From assembly GCF_009914755.1 (NCBI RefSeq), contig NC_060948.1: a stretch of 64,000 nucleotides of DNA, one strand, 5' to 3'. The DNA is from the human T2T-CHM13v2.0 reference genome, Homo sapiens. The notes below the pieces were generated by a model. The model was not told the DNA's origin. It worked only from the letters and a program-made list of their open reading frames with translations, and ran no database searches. Made by a program: the position numbers and the translations under genes. The stretch's first letter is position 1, and the number at the start of each line of letters is the position of its first letter. Below are positions 1-13,919 of the stretch, piece by piece.

Positions 1-638
1 TTTAGGCACCTGGGCTTACCAATTAGAAAGACATATTTGCCGAAATCCCTGTTGTATGGGGACTATCTGGAATTTTAGGATCTGTCCTCAGACTGGCAGG
101 CCTAACAAATGCTATTCCTGAAGCTAGGATATGGGGAGCCTTAGAAATTATAGACTCTGAAATTGGGGGCTATATGCTTTCTATTCACATAATGAGAAGT
201 GAGGAAAAATGCTGTCACCCTTCCAAACCTGGAGATGCATTCTCTCCTTCAGTGCATAGTCCTGCACTACATTTTGAGGCATATCATCTTTATAGGACAA
301 GGGTAAGGTGCCAATACCAACTAGAGAAAACACTTAGGACTCTAACAGATTTTCAAGAATGCGTCAGCAAGAAACACTAAATCTGACCTTTCTTGGCCTC
401 TTTGTGGTCTAAGAGGAATGGCAAGGTTGCAGGTTTTTCAGAATGCATTGGTAAGGGCCACTAAATCCATCCTTCCTTGGTTCTCTTTGTGGTCTAGGAG
501 ATAAACAAGTGGTTCCACTGCTGCTTCAGTGGGCACAACTATTCCAAACAGCAGAGTTCAGGGACTGTTGCAGGTTCTTGGGTAATGGAAAAAAAAAAAA
601 AAAAAAAGGCCACAACCATGGGCAGTTTTTTCTTTCAG

Positions 639-2087
639 ATGGAAAATATTCAGGCTTCAACAAGCTCACCCTTGAAATTCATTGTAAGCCATTGGGACCA
701 ATTTGATCCACAAATCCTGAAAAAGAAGTGGCTTATTTTTGTTTTCTGCCCCCAGTATTTTCTCTCTGATGGGGAAAAATGGCCACCTGAGGGAAGTATA
801 AATGACTATACTATCCTGTAGCTTGACCTTTTCTGTAAGAGGGAAGGCTAATGGAGTGAAATAGTTTATGTCCAAGATTTCTTTTCATCGAAGGATAATC
901 CACAACTATGCAAAGCTTGCAAATTACATTCCACAGGAGGACCTCTCAGATTACCTTCATATCCTGCCTCCTTACAGCTCTTCTTCCTATTAATGATAAG
1001 CCTCCTCTAATTTCCCCACCCAGAAGAAAACAAGCAAATAAATCTCCAAGGTACCACAAACCCCCTGGGCTATCAGTTATGCCCCCTTCAAGCTGTAGTG
1101 GGGGAAGGGAATTTGGCCCAACCTGGATACATGTCCCCTTCTTTCTCTCTGATATAAAGCAGATCAAGGTAGACCCAGGGAAGTTTTCAGATGATCCTGA
1201 TATGTATATAAATGTCCTACAGGGTCTAGGGCAAACATTCACTCTCACTTGGAGAGATGTCATGCTATTATTAGATCAAACCTGCCTCTAAAGAAAAGAA
1301 TGTGACTTTACCTGCAGCCTGAGACTTTGGAGATACCTGGTATGTTAGTCTAGTAAATGATAGAATGACAGCTGAAGAAGGGAACAAATTCCCTACTGGT
1401 CAGCAAGCCTTCCCCCATATGGATCCCCACTGGAAACCTAGACTGAGATTATGGGGAATGGAGTTGCAAACACCTGTTTTCCTGGTTCTAGAAGGACTAA
1501 GGATAATTAGGAAAAAGCCCATGAATTATTCAGTGATGTCCACCATAACTGAGGGAAAGGAAGAAAATCCTACCACTTTCCTCAATAGACTATGGGAGGC
1601 CTTAAGCAAATATAATCCCCTGTCTCCCAACACTTTTGAGGGTCAATTGATCCTAAAAGATAAGTTTATTACCTAATCAGCTGCAGAGATCAGGAGAAAG
1701 CTCCAAAAGCTAGCCCTGGGCCCTGAACAAAATTTGGAGGTATTATTAAACCTGGCAACCTCAGTGTTCTATAATAGGGACTAAGAGGAACAGGACAAAA
1801 AAGAAAAGCCAGAAAAGAGAAAGGCCACAGCCTTTGTCATGGCCCTCGGACAAACAAACCTTGGGGGTTAAGAGAAGACAGAAAACGGAGCAGGCCAATC
1901 AGCCAGTAGCATTTGTTTTCAGTGTGGTTTACAATAAAACCTTAAAGAAGATTGTCCAACAAGAAGCAAAATTCATCCTCGCCAATGTCCACTAAGCCAG
2001 GGCAATCACTGGAAGATGCACTATCCCAGAGGACAAAGGTTCTCTGAGCCAAAAGCCCCCAAGCACATGATCCAACGACAGGAATGA
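639..2087 (+). pseudogene. gag: HERV9 gag remnant
   Basis: Starts MENIQASTSSPLKFIVSHWDQFDPQ (ATG 639). Capsid fragments KFSDDPD..QGLGQTF and EGKEENP..LKDKFIT. Degenerate zinc knuckle CFQCG..CP at ~1914-1957. TGA at 2085-2087. Confidence 0.88.
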
Positions 2088-5000
2088 GGGTGCCCAAGGC
2101 AAGTGCCAGCTCATGACATCATGCTCACTGAGCCCCAGGTAAGTTAACCATTGAGGGCCAGGAAATTAACTTCTTCTTGGACATGGTTGGGGCTTTCTCA
2201 GTGTTAATCTCCTGCCCTGGACGGCTGTCCCCATGGTCTGTTGCCAACCCAGGAATCCTGGGTTAGCCTGTAACCAGGTATTTCTCCCACCTCCTCAGTT
2301 GTAACTGGGAGACTTATCTCTTTTCATGTGCCTTTCTCGTTATGTCTGAAAGTCCCACACCCTTATTAGGGAGAGACCTATTAGCTAAAGCTGGAACTAT
2401 TATCTATATGAATATGAGGAAAAAGTAACATATTTGTTGTCCCCTGCTGGAGAAAGGAATCAACCCTGAAGTCTGGGCATTGGAAGGACAATTCTAAAGG
2501 GCAAAAATCCCTACCCAGTCCCAATCAGGCTAAAAGACCCCACCACTTTTCCTTATCAAAGACAATATCCCTTAAGGCCCAAAGTTCATAAGGGATTACA
2601 GGATATTGTTAGATATTTAAAAGTTCAAGTCTTATTAAGAAAATGCAGCAGTCCCTGCCACACCCCAATTCTAGGAGTACAAAAGCCAAACGGTCACTGG
2701 ACCCTAGTGCAAGATCTTAGACTCAAAAATGAGGCAATAATTCCTCTATATCCAGTTGTACCCAGCCCCTATATACTGCTCTCTCAAATATCAGAGGAAG
2801 CAGAATGGTTCACTGTTCTGAACCTCAAGGATGCCTTTTTCTGCATTCTCCTGCACTCTGACTCCCAGTTTCTCTTTGCCTTTGGGGATCCTAAAGCACA
2901 CCTCCCAACTTACTTCGACAGTCTTGCCTCAAGGTTTTAGGGATAGCCCTCATTGTTTGGTCAGGCACTGGCCCAAGATCTAGGCCACTCCTCAAGTCCA
3001 GGCACTCTGGTCCTTTAGTATGTGGATGATTTACTTTTGGCTACCAGTTTGAAAGCCTCATGCTGACAGGCTACTCTAGATACCTTGAACTTTCTAGCTA
3101 ATCAAGGGTATATGTCCTCTAAATTTAAGGTCCAGCTCTGCCTAAAACAAGTTAAATATCTAGGCCTAATCAAAACCAGAGGTGCCAGGGCCCTCAGCAA
3201 TGAATGAATACAGCTATACTCACTTGTCCTTGCCCTAAAACATTAAAACCATTGCAGGGGTTCCTTGGGATCATCAGCTTTTGCTGACTATGAATACCTA
3301 GATACAGTGAGATGGCCAGGTGATTCTACACTCTAATCAAGGAGACCCAGAGGGCAAATACCAATCTAGTATAATGGGAACCAGAGGCAGAAACAGCCTT
3401 CAAAACCTTAAAGCAGGCCCTAGTACCAGCACCAGCCTTATGCCTTCCCAAAGGAACTTCTCTTTATACATCACAGAAAGAGCATGAATAACTCTTGGCA
3501 TCTTTACCCAGACTCATGGGACAACCCCATAACCAGTGGCATACCTAAGTAAGGAGACTGACGTAGTAGCAAAAGGCTGACCTCACTGTTTATGGGTAGT
3601 TGTGGTGGTGGCCATCTTAGCATCAGAGGCTATCAAAATAAAACAAGGGAAGGATCCTACTGTCTGGACTACTCATGAAGTAAATGGCTAGTAGGTACCA
3701 AAGGAAATTTATGGCTATCAGACAACTGCCTGCTTAGACATAAAGTAGTACTCCTTGAAGGACTGGTGCTTCAAATACACACATGTGGGCCCTCAACCCT
3801 GCTACTTTTCTCCCAGAGAATGGGGAACCAATAGAGTATGACTCCCAACAAATTGTAGCCCAGATTTTGCTGCCTGTGAGGATCTCTCAGAAGTCCCCTC
3901 AGCTAATTCTGACCTTAACATATATAGCATTGGAAGTTAATTTGTGGAGAATGAGATATCAAGGGCAGGTTATGCCATAGTTAGTGTTGTAACAGTACTT
4001 GAAAGTAAGACTCTTCCCCCAGGGACCTGTGCCCAGTTAGTGGAATTATTGGTGTTTACCCAAGCCTTAGAACTGGGAAAGGGAAAAAGATTAAATGTGA
4101 ATACAGATAGCAACTACACTTATCTAATCCTACATGCCCATGCTGCAATATAGAAGGAAAGGGAGTTCCTAATCTCTGGGGGAACCCCCATTAAATACCA
4201 CAAGGAAATCATGGAGTTACTGCACACAGTGCAAAAACCCAAGGAGGTGGCAATCTTACACTGCTGAAGCCATCAAAAAAGTGAAGGAGAAAAAGCCATA
4301 AAAAAGGAGAAGAAGGAAAATGTCAGGCAGACACTGAGGCCAAAATTTCTGCCACACAGAACCTCCCATTAGAAATACCCATGGAAGTGCCCTTGGTATG
4401 GAACAACCCTCCCCAAGATATTAAGCCCCATTATTTCCCAACTGAAACAGAATGGGGCATTTCACGGAGGCATAGTTTTCTCCCCTCAGGATGGGTAATG
4501 ACATAAAAGTGAAAGGTTCACAAAAAAGGTTCACCCAAAGCCAGCCAGTGGAAAATACTTAAGACCCTCCACCAAACTTTTCATATGGGTATTGAGAATA
4601 CTCATAAAATGTCCAAGTCCCTATTTACAGGGCCAAATCTCCTCCAGAACATCTGGCAAGTAATCAAAGCCTGTGAGGTGTGCCAAAGGAATAATCCCTT
4701 GGTCCATTGTAAGGCTCCTCTGGGGGAGCAAAGAATAGGGCACTATCCCAGAGAGGACTGGCAGTTAGACTTCACCCATATGCCTAAGTCAAGGGGATTT
4801 CAATACTTGCTGGTCTATGTTGATACCTATACAAATTGGATAGAAGCTTTCCCCTGCAAGAGAGAGAAGACTCAGGAAGTGGTTAAAGTCATAATTCATG
4901 AAATAATTCTTAGATTTGGGCTTCCCCAAAACTTATAAAGTGACAATGTTTTGGCCTTTAAAGCCATGATAACTCAGGGAATTTCCAGGGTGCTAGGGAT

Positions 5001-5684
5001 ACAATATCATCTCCATTGCACCTGGAGGCCACAATCCTCAGGGAAGGTCGAGAAGGCAAATGAAACACTCAAGGTGCACATAAAGAATCTAACACAGGAA
5101 AGTCGTCTCCTATGGTCTACTCTCTTGCCTATGGCCTTGTTGAGAAACAAAAATTCTCCTCACAAAATGGGGCCCAGTGCACATAAAATGCTGTATGGAT
5201 GACCATTTCTCACAAATGTCCTCCTACTTGATCAGGAAACAGCCAACTTGGTCAAGGACATAACTTCTTTGGCAAATTATCAACAAAACCTTAAAAACCT
5301 ACCTGAAGAATGTCATGGAGAAAAGGAAACAGAGTTGTTCTAACCATGAGATCTAGTGTCGGTCTAGTCCCTCCCCTCTACCTCCCCATCTATGGATTCC
5401 TCGAGGGAAGAATCATACTCGGTAATCCTCTCTACCCCCACTGCAGTTAAGGTGGCAGGAGTGGAATATTGGATTCACCATATCCGAGTTAAACTTTCAG
5501 CACCCCCTAGGAACCTGTGGAACCATCAGCTCAGGAGTCCCAAGATCAGCCAGACCAGCCTTGATACACCCACAAACCATTGGAGGACTTTTGTCTCCTA
5601 TTTTGGAAGGAAACATCCCAGACTAAAAAGGCTCCTATAGCTGATCCTAAGGAAAAACCTCTTCCTATTTTAAAAGTTAAGTGA
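2088..5684 (+). pseudogene. pol: HERV9 pro-pol remnant (protease, RT, RNase H, integrase)
   Basis: QDLR and LKDAFF RT motifs, YVDDLLL at ~3019, RNase H NTDSNY..LHAH, integrase CEVC, WQLDFTHMP and WRPQSSGKVEKANETLK. Disrupted by stops and indels; end approximate. Confidence 0.92.
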
Positions 5685-5801
5685 AAACCTACATAATCTT
5701 TAACACCTCTCCTTGCCTCTTTAATATACTCCTTTACTGTTTCATCCCTTTATTAAGCAGTATACTAACCACACTCTTTGCAGTTGGACTATATACTGTA
5801 G

Positions 5802-6144
<343 letters not shown>

Positions 6145-6195
6145 TTATCCTTTCTGACAGCAATTTACTCCTACCTTTAACTCAGACTAAATAAA

Positions 6196-7898
6196 ATGAT
6201 CTCATTTTCCAGGACAACCTCTTTACCTTCCTACTTGCTCTTTGCCCATCTATCACTCCTGCTTCCTTGGAAACCCCATGCAGTCTCCCCTCCCCTTCCA
6301 CTAGCTTCTAGTTACCTCTACAAATTTCTCAACTTAACCCACTCTCTGTTAAACGAGTCCAATCCTTCCCTGGCAAATGACTGTTGGCTTTATATCTCTC
6401 TATCAGCCACTGCTTGTGTTGCCACTCCCATTCCCTCAAAAAAACTGGGTCTTTACTAACTTAATCTACTTATGAAGGCAGTGACCCTTTCCAACTTCTA
6501 AATATGCAATCATAAGCCAAATTCCCCAACTCTGATAGGACCAAAAATACCCTAACAGGACAAGCAATCCAGCTTTTACATTCTTACATTTTTAACCTCA
6601 CCTAGTACATGAGCAATAAAAAGCCCATACATGGCCCCGTAACCACAAATACCATCTTAACTTTCCAAGCCCTTTTATGCTTCCAGTGCAACCTGTTATC
6701 AGGCCTGCCCCTGGGCACCTATTATTTCACCTACACCCTACAACTTCAAGACCCAACTGATCTTAGTAACTTCCGAGTCACCCGAACAGCTCCATTCAGG
6801 CAGCTTGTCTGCTTTTCAGGGACCCCCAAAACCATCACCTCCTCCCTGCTTAACAAACAGTCCAGGTTTTGTAATGGCAAATATACTCCCTGCATGACCA
6901 TTCACCTCTGGAACCCTGCAGCAGCGCCCCCCCCCACTGATGAATGCCTTCTCATTCCCCTCTTTCAATCACTTTTTTGAATGGTTCCTAGCAGATACAA
7001 AACATTTTTTTCTCCAGTGGGAACATAGAACACAGGGAGCCACTCAGTTTGCTCCCAACACCCTTTTCCAGCCACTCACTGGGATACTTTGGCAATTACT
7101 CCAGGAGTACGGGAAAATGAAAACAACAAACTCATATACCTTTTTAACATACACAACCAGTTCTGTCTACCGAGCCAAGGCATATTCTTCTTATGTGGAA
7201 CTTCAACCTACATCTGCCTACCCCCCAACTCGACAGACACTTGCACCTTAGTTTTCCTAAGTCCCAACATTGACATTGCCCTAGGAAATCAGACCCTATC
7301 AATGCCCTTCAAAGCTTAAGTCCATCAGTGCAGGGCCACACAACTAACGCCCCTTCTTATAGGGTTTGGGAATGGCCACTGCTACAGGAACTGCAATAGC
7401 CAGTATATCTAGTTCATTATCCTACTACCACACACTCTCAAAGGATTTTCAGACAGTTTTCAAGAAATAACAAAATCTATCCTTACTCTTCAATCCCAAA
7501 CAGACTCTTTGGTAGCAGTGACTCTCCAAAACTGCCAAAGCCTAGACATCCTCACTGCTGAGAAAGGAGGACTTTGTACCTTCTTGAAGAGTGTTGTTTT
7601 TACAGTAACTAATCTGGGATAGTAGAAACACTGCCTGGCATTAAAGGAAAAGGCTTTTGAAATCAGACAACCCCTTTCAAACTCTTATACCAACCTCTGG
7701 AGTTGGATGACATGGCTTCTCCCATTTCTAGGTCCCGTGACAGCCATCTTGCTGTTACTCACCTTAAAGCCCTGTATTTTTAACCTCCTTGTCAAATTTG
7801 TTTCCTCCAGGATTGAGGCCATCAAGCTACAGATGGTCTTACAAATGGAAATCCAAATGAGCTCAACTCACAAATTCTACCGAGGAGCCCTGGACTGA
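6196..7898 (+). pseudogene. env: HERV9 env remnant
   Basis: Signal-peptide-like start, degenerate CWLC motif (DCWLY), immunosuppressive domain LQNCQSLDILTAEKGGLC at ~7525-7580, TM and tail WLLPFLGP..PCIFNLLVKFVSSRIEAIKLQM. Broken into several frames. Confidence 0.9.
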
Positions 7899-8050
7899 TC
7901 CACTGACCTTTTGACTGGCCTAAGGAGTTCCCCTCTGGAAGACACTACAACTACAGAGCTCTTTCTTCACTCTTTTCTGCAGAAAGTAGCTACTGCAGTC
8001 ATTGCCTTCTTCCCAACAGCAGTTGAGGGTGTCATGTTTAGAGAGGGGAT

Positions 8051-8468
8051 TGAGAGTTGAGGCCACCTGGACTTCCTGGGTCGAGCGGGGACTTTTCTGT
8101 CTTACCAGAGGATTGTAAAAAACACCAATCAGAGCTCTGTAAAATGCACCAATTAGCAGAATTCTAAAAGTAGCCAGTTGTGGGGAGGATTGAATAAAGG
8201 TCACTCTGATAGGACAGAAATGGAACACGGGTGAGGACAAGAAGAGAATAAAAACTGGCCACCCCAGCCAGCAGCCGCAGCCTGCTTGGGTCCCCTTCCA
8301 TGCTGTTTTAAGCTTTGTGCTTCTGCTCTTCACAATAAACCTTGCTACTGCTCCTTCTTTGGGTCTGTGCCATCTTTAAGAGCTGTAACACTCAACATGA
8401 AGGTCTACGGCTTCATTCTTGAAGTCAGGGAGACAATGAACCCACCAGCAGGAACCAACTCCGGACAC
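8051..8468 (+). mobile_element. 3' LTR, LTR12 family (short variant)
   Basis: Starts TGAGAG right after the PPT. CACCAAT boxes at ~8123 and ~8147, AATAAA at ~8247 and ~8334, typical end AACTCCGGACAC. Confidence 0.9.
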
Positions 8469-8499
8469 CCATGTTGTCATGGGTGAGATTAATGGCTAT

Positions 8500-8785
8500 A
8501 GAAACTGAACATTGCAGGCAATCCTAAAAATAAGAACAAACTGCTGGGAAACCAGTTTTGAACTATGTATCCAAATGAAAGAAACTCCTATACCCTTTGA
8601 CTCAGAATCCAAATTTATAGGAATTCATCCTAAAAGCTATTTAAAATAGAATAAAAACGTTTGGGTAAGGATGTTCATATGGTAAAAATTACCAGCTTAT
8701 CATACATCTAGCAAGAGTGGAGACACTAAACAAACTAGAATACATTTGCTTGATGGATATTTTTAAGACATTGTAGCCACTGAGA
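8500..8785 (+). mobile_element. old L1M 3' fragment
   Basis: ATACCCTTTGACTCAG..AGGAATTCATCCTAA..AAGGATGTTCAT resembles the end of L1 ORF2. Confidence 0.55.
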
Positions 8786-9849
8786 ATATTTTGTGTCGCC
8801 CTATGGAAGGAAGGCAGCTTGGACACTCCCTTTTCTTTCAGTTCTTCTTTGGCAACATCACACCCACAGTATGTTGGAAAAGTATGAAAGCATGTCCTAG
8901 ATCTTGAATTTGCCTGAGATTTTCAGGCGACAGGGTAGGAAAACCTAGTGTTTATTGTCTGTACTCCCAGGCAAAACACTGTAACCTAGGATGTAGAAGA
9001 ATGATAATACATCCTTAAAACTTGGAGCAAAGGCATCTAAGTCTCTTCTCTGGTAGGATTTTCTGAACCCTCTCTGTTTTACACTGGAGACTTGAGAAGC
9101 CACTGAAGCCAGTGGATATGAGTCTCAATAGATTCCGCACAATTTTATGTCCAAGGAACCATGGAAGATGTCTCCCAAGAAATAAAAAGGGAGGTTGGCT
9201 ACAGCTTTCTCTTTGCTCAGAGCCAGACCATAAGAAGTACAGCCTTCCTGGCCATCAGCTAGTACCTGGGTTATCAACAGGGTGCCCCCAATAGGGGTCT
9301 AGATATGACCTCTTGCAAGCTGGCAAAAGGAAAGTGCATTTCATTGAAGGGGACTGTGTAGTGTACAGTACTAGGGCTGAGGCTCATGAATACAGCCAAC
9401 AGTTTATGTTCAAGTTGAAATAATGGGCAGGAAAGAAGAAAAATTTCACAACAGTTCTAAGAATTTTAAAGAAGTTATGATTAGAGAGCAACATAGGCTG
9501 CCTGGGTGTAAAACAATGTGTTCCTAAATAAACAAAAAAGTAAACCCAGAAAGAGCAAGGTAATTCTTGAGAACTGAAGAACCTTGCAAAAAAAATTACT
9601 ATAACAAGACAAAAGGAAATGAACATCAAAAGTAAAAAGCTGAGACTTGCGATACAGTGTCTTCAGTGAAGACATTACTGGTATCTTTCCAGGCACAGAA
9701 TATGCAGATAAGTATGTGTTAGGTATTACTACCTTATTTAAGTAAGTTGAATTGCATTATACATATCATTCTTCAATTTGCAACTTTCACTACTATTAGA
9801 GGAGTCAGGTAACATACCAGTATAAAAAGCCCTAGGAAATTAGTTTATG

Positions 9850-10098
9850 ATAGCATTTAGAAGCGTTGACTCCAATTTTGTCTGCTTGAATTCAGATTCT
9901 GCCTCCCCAACTTCCAACCTGTGAGACTTTGGGTAAATTACTGATAGCTTTCTTAAGTGTGAGTTTCCTCTTTTGCAAATGGGCACAAAATATCACTGGC
10001 CTTGTAGGCTAAGTATAAGGATTATTTACATCAAAGCACCTAAGAAAGTAGAAGAATGTTAACCACATAACAAATGCTGTATAATTAGTAACTATCAT
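9850..10098 (+). mobile_element. MIR
   Basis: Core TGTGAGACTTTGGGTAAATTAC..AGTTTCCTCTTTTGCAAATGGG. Confidence 0.75.
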
Positions 10099-10773
10099 TG
10101 ACTTACTCTTTTTAAAACAGCACTGTATTTTCTAGAAGTCACTTAACAATGGCCCTCTTCACTAACATTTAGAACCTTTCCTTTATTCCCTCATTGCAAC
10201 AAACTTCTTTGGACATAGTTTTTTGGTCCTTTGTTCACATGCTTGCCACCTTTTAATTAGCATTATTTGGTGTCAAGCTCATTAACCTTGAGGAAATGTA
10301 ACATATTTAAAGGAGTGTTTAAGTCCTGAGGTACACAAATACCCTGGCTGTCTGATTGCATTTAAAATAATGATGCTAATAATGACATTAATAAATAACA
10401 TGTATCAAGCTTTCTAGAGGCACTACTTAGCTTAATGTCAAATCCATTTAAAATGGGACCACCAAGAGTGGGCTGCTTTTTTAAAAACACAATCATGATT
10501 TTGTTTGAAATGAAAAAAAAACTTCTTCTGTTATAGGCATTTATAAAATATTGTACCTTGTAGATCATCTAATTGTACATATTTGTGCATGTTAACTTAT
10601 TTTCTAGATTAAAGTTTCTCTGACAGTTTATATTTCTTTTTTTGTAGTTTTGGTAGCACCAAAGCACCAAAATACTGACTTGCCCCCAAAAGAAAAGTAG
10701 AATAATCACAATTATATTAGTAATCATAGTGGTCTGGCAATAGCAGTGATTATAAGAGAAAACATTTTTTAAT

Positions 10774-11407
10774 ACAGAGGTTACAAGCTGTGCTCAGATA
10801 AATAGTTACAGTCCCTGATGTGTTCGTTTGTCCTGTAAAGTGTTTATAAAAATCAAATAAGTTGTAAAAATTTAAAAATCAACATAACATTCCGGGCGCG
10901 GTGGCTCACCCCTGTAATCTCAGCACTTTGGGAGTCTGAGGAGGGGGGTGGGTGGATCACGAGGTCAGGAGATCGAGTCCATCCTGGCTAACACAGTGAT
11001 GTTTACACATCTCTACTAAAAATACAAAAATTAGCCGAGTATGGTGGTGGGCGCCTGCAGTCCCAGCTACTCGGGAGGCTGAGGCAGGAGAATGATGTGA
11101 ACCCAGGATGGGGATCTTGCAGTGAGCCGAGATTGCGCCACTGCCCTCCAGCCTGGGCAGCACAGCGAGACTTCGCCTCAAAAAAAAAAAAAAAAAAAAA
11201 AAATCAGCGTAACAGTCAGATTCTGATGCAGTGTCCCTTTAAAAACATGATGATCTGGCAACACAGAGGTCTCCTGCATGGACATCAGTGTTTGGAGGTG
11301 AGAGAATCTCCCCTTTGCAAAGCATGTTCCCTTATACTTCAGAAAAACTTCATTTAGTTTTGCTCTCTGCAGTCCGACTTGTAAGCACTTGAAATACTGT
11401 CTCCTGA
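10774..11407 (-). mobile_element. MER102-like hAT-Charlie element interrupted by an Alu
   Basis: CAGAGGTTACAAGCT start, GATCTGGCAACAC internal motif, TGTAAGCACTTGA..CCTG end. Confidence 0.6.
10890..11203 (+). mobile_element. AluY-like
   Basis: Full dimer with A-tail. TSD AAAAATCA(A/G)C(A/G)TAACA on both sides. Confidence 0.93.
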
Positions 11408-11439
11408 GTTAGGTTGTGTCAGCCATTAGAGGAAGGGCT

Positions 11440-11642
11440 TCGCATTCATTATTTCACTTAATTCACAACATCCTATGAATAGATGCTTTTTAAATATACA
11501 TTTTATAGATGAGAAGACTGAGATTTGAGGAGCTGCGATGAAACTTCCTCAGTGTCACCTAATGCCCAGCTAGGATGTCAGGGAGGATATGAACTAAGGT
11601 TTATTTGACGTCACAACTGAAACGCTTAACTACTATGCTACA
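11440..11642 (-). mobile_element. MIR
   Basis: CATTTTATAGATGAGAAGACTGAG core; ends CTTAACTACTATGCTA. Confidence 0.8.
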
Positions 11643-12788
11643 AAAATACTCAGTAACACTACAGAAATTAAGCTACATTTGTGACTTATATTCCTAAAGT
11701 TTCTTTCTCGGAGGTTGCTGTGGTATGACCATCTTCTCTTAATGGACATGAGCATTGTCTGTCTGCCTGTTTCTCATTGTTATATCTGAATGGTCTCCAT
11801 TCTGTATCTGTCTTCTTTTCCCCTCATCTTCATTCCTGTAACTCATTCCATCATTATTTTTCTCTCTCACACAGTTCTCTATTTTTCATCTTTTTTTTCT
11901 ATTCCATCCCTAGCTCTCCAAAGATGCAGAAAATAAATATTTTTCATTCCTGTACTCTATTTTGTATAAGAAATACATTTTGCCTGAGTGGAAAGGATTA
12001 TGTTGAACAATTTTATTTTTGAAATATCAGTACCCCTTGGTAGTATACACCCAATTTCCCCTCATTCTCTGCTCACATTCTCATCTGAATTATATCTTCA
12101 TCAGTGAAAACTTATTGTGACCCATGCTTTAAACATCATCCCCTTTGAGTAAAAAGAGAATTCAATTAATCATCCTTTGGGAATAAAGGTATGAATAAGA
12201 TTCAGTTGTTTGAAAAAAAAATCTTTGTCAATTATATGGGACAGAGATACCTATATGCACCTTAACCTAACAGCATTGCCTCACTGTAATTCTCCATTCA
12301 TTGCACAATTCCATTCATCACCATGTAGCTGACATCTGTAAGACACACTCCATGGATCCCAAAGCTTCTGTTGCATTATTCTTCCCCAGGAACAGAAGCT
12401 GGTTTGCTTTCTACTTCTACTTCCTTCTAACCTTCAAAGCAGTGAATGTTCTGATATCTTTTTATTATTTATTACTGGTCTGATCACAACTTAATTACAG
12501 CTTATGTGTGCAATTGCTATCTCATGAAGGCCTTTATTAAGTTATTACTTTTTTAAAGAGTTGTATCTCAACCTCCCCAAGCAAACCTACTTACTGTAGT
12601 GATAATGCATGAAATGCATCTATCATAGTTCACTTCTCATTATAGGTTTGCAATATAGTATCATATCTCCACCCTAAATATTTTTCTTGGTATACGTACT
12701 AAGTTACTTCTTCTTTTTGTTTTAATATTTCAGTCAAAGTGCCTGAAATGCTCTTTCCTTTGTAAAGGACTGGATCACCTATATGGAT

Positions 12789-13158
12789 TGATATGGTTTG
12801 GCTCTGTCCCTGCCCAAATCTCATCTTGAATTGTAGTTCCCATACTCCCCATGTATTCTGGGAGGGACCCGATGGGAGGTAATTGAATCCTGGGGGTGGT
12901 TCCCCCGTGCTATTCTCATGATTGTAAGTTCTCATGCGATCTGATGGTTTTATAATGGGCTTCCCCTTTCACTTGGCTCTTAAACTTCTATTCCTACTGC
13001 CATGGGAGAAGGACATGTTTGCCTCCCCTTCTGCCATGATTGCAAGTTTCCTGAAGCCTCTCCATCCATGCTAAACTGTGAGTCAATTAAAGGCCTTTCC
13101 ATCAGAAATTACTCAGTCTCCAGTATGTCCTTATAGCAGCCTGGAATGGACTAATACA
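12789..13158 (+). mobile_element. THE1 (THE1C/D-like) MaLR solo LTR
   Basis: TGATATGGTTTGGCT...GGACTAATACA termini. Perfect 5-bp TSD TGGAT at 12784 and 13159. Confidence 0.93.
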
Positions 13159-13307
13159 TGGATCTAGCAAGGGGCTAATTTGACTTGTTAAAAGTTTCAT
13201 TCAATATATGCTGGAAATCTACCATAGCCTCATCCAACTGAAGGATACCACAAATAAAAAGCTTGTAAACCAAACAAAAGCCAAGCAAAATAAATAAACA
13301 GAAAACC

Positions 13308-13697
13308 TGTCTTAATCTGTTTTGTGTTGCTATAACAGAATACCACAGACTGGGTGATTTATTAACAATAGAAGATAAGGTGCCTCTTGGTTTTGGAGAC
13401 TGGGAAGTTCAACAACATGGCACTAGCATCTGGCAAGGACCTTCATTCTGTGTCATTCTGTGATGGAAGGCAGAACAGCAAGAAGGGGTGAAAGTGAGAG
13501 AGGAAGACAGGGCAGAGCTCACTTTTATTATAACTCATTTCTGTGACAAGGAGCCCACTTCCTCAACAATGGCATTAGTCCATGCAAGAAGGTGATCTCA
13601 TGATCTAGTCATCCCTCGAGGGTCTGACTTCTAAATACCATCACAATGACAATTAAATTTCAATATGAGTTTTTACAGGAATGTTCAAATCATAGCA
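13308..13697 (-). mobile_element. MST (MSTC/D-like) MaLR solo LTR
   Basis: TGTCTTAATCTGTTTTGTGTTGCTATAACAGAATACCACAGACTGGG ... TCAAATCATAGCA. Confidence 0.85.
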
Positions 13698-13919
13698 AAG
13701 AACCCCATGGACTCTGCATAGCCAAATTCTAGAAGATATTGTTTGCATTTTGGTATAGTTATACAGTACTCTACCCTACACTGTTTATTTCAGATTTGAA
13801 TGACCTTACACTGCAGCCTAAACAAATTTTAGCAAGAATTCATAAAGTCAAGGGTTAATAAAAGAAAAACTTAACAATTGCTCCTGTAGCAATTCACTGT
13901 ATGTGGAAATATTACCAAT

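Noticed and set aside
3285-4153. Trp-to-stop changes in HERV9 pol (~3291, ~3578, ~4151) as APOBEC3 hypermutation
   Set aside because: Few events in mixed dinucleotide contexts, compatible with neutral decay; a consensus-based Hypermut test would be needed.
6196-7898. Syncytin-like domesticated env
   Set aside because: Multiple stops and frameshifts; the CWLC motif, furin site and ISD are degenerate.
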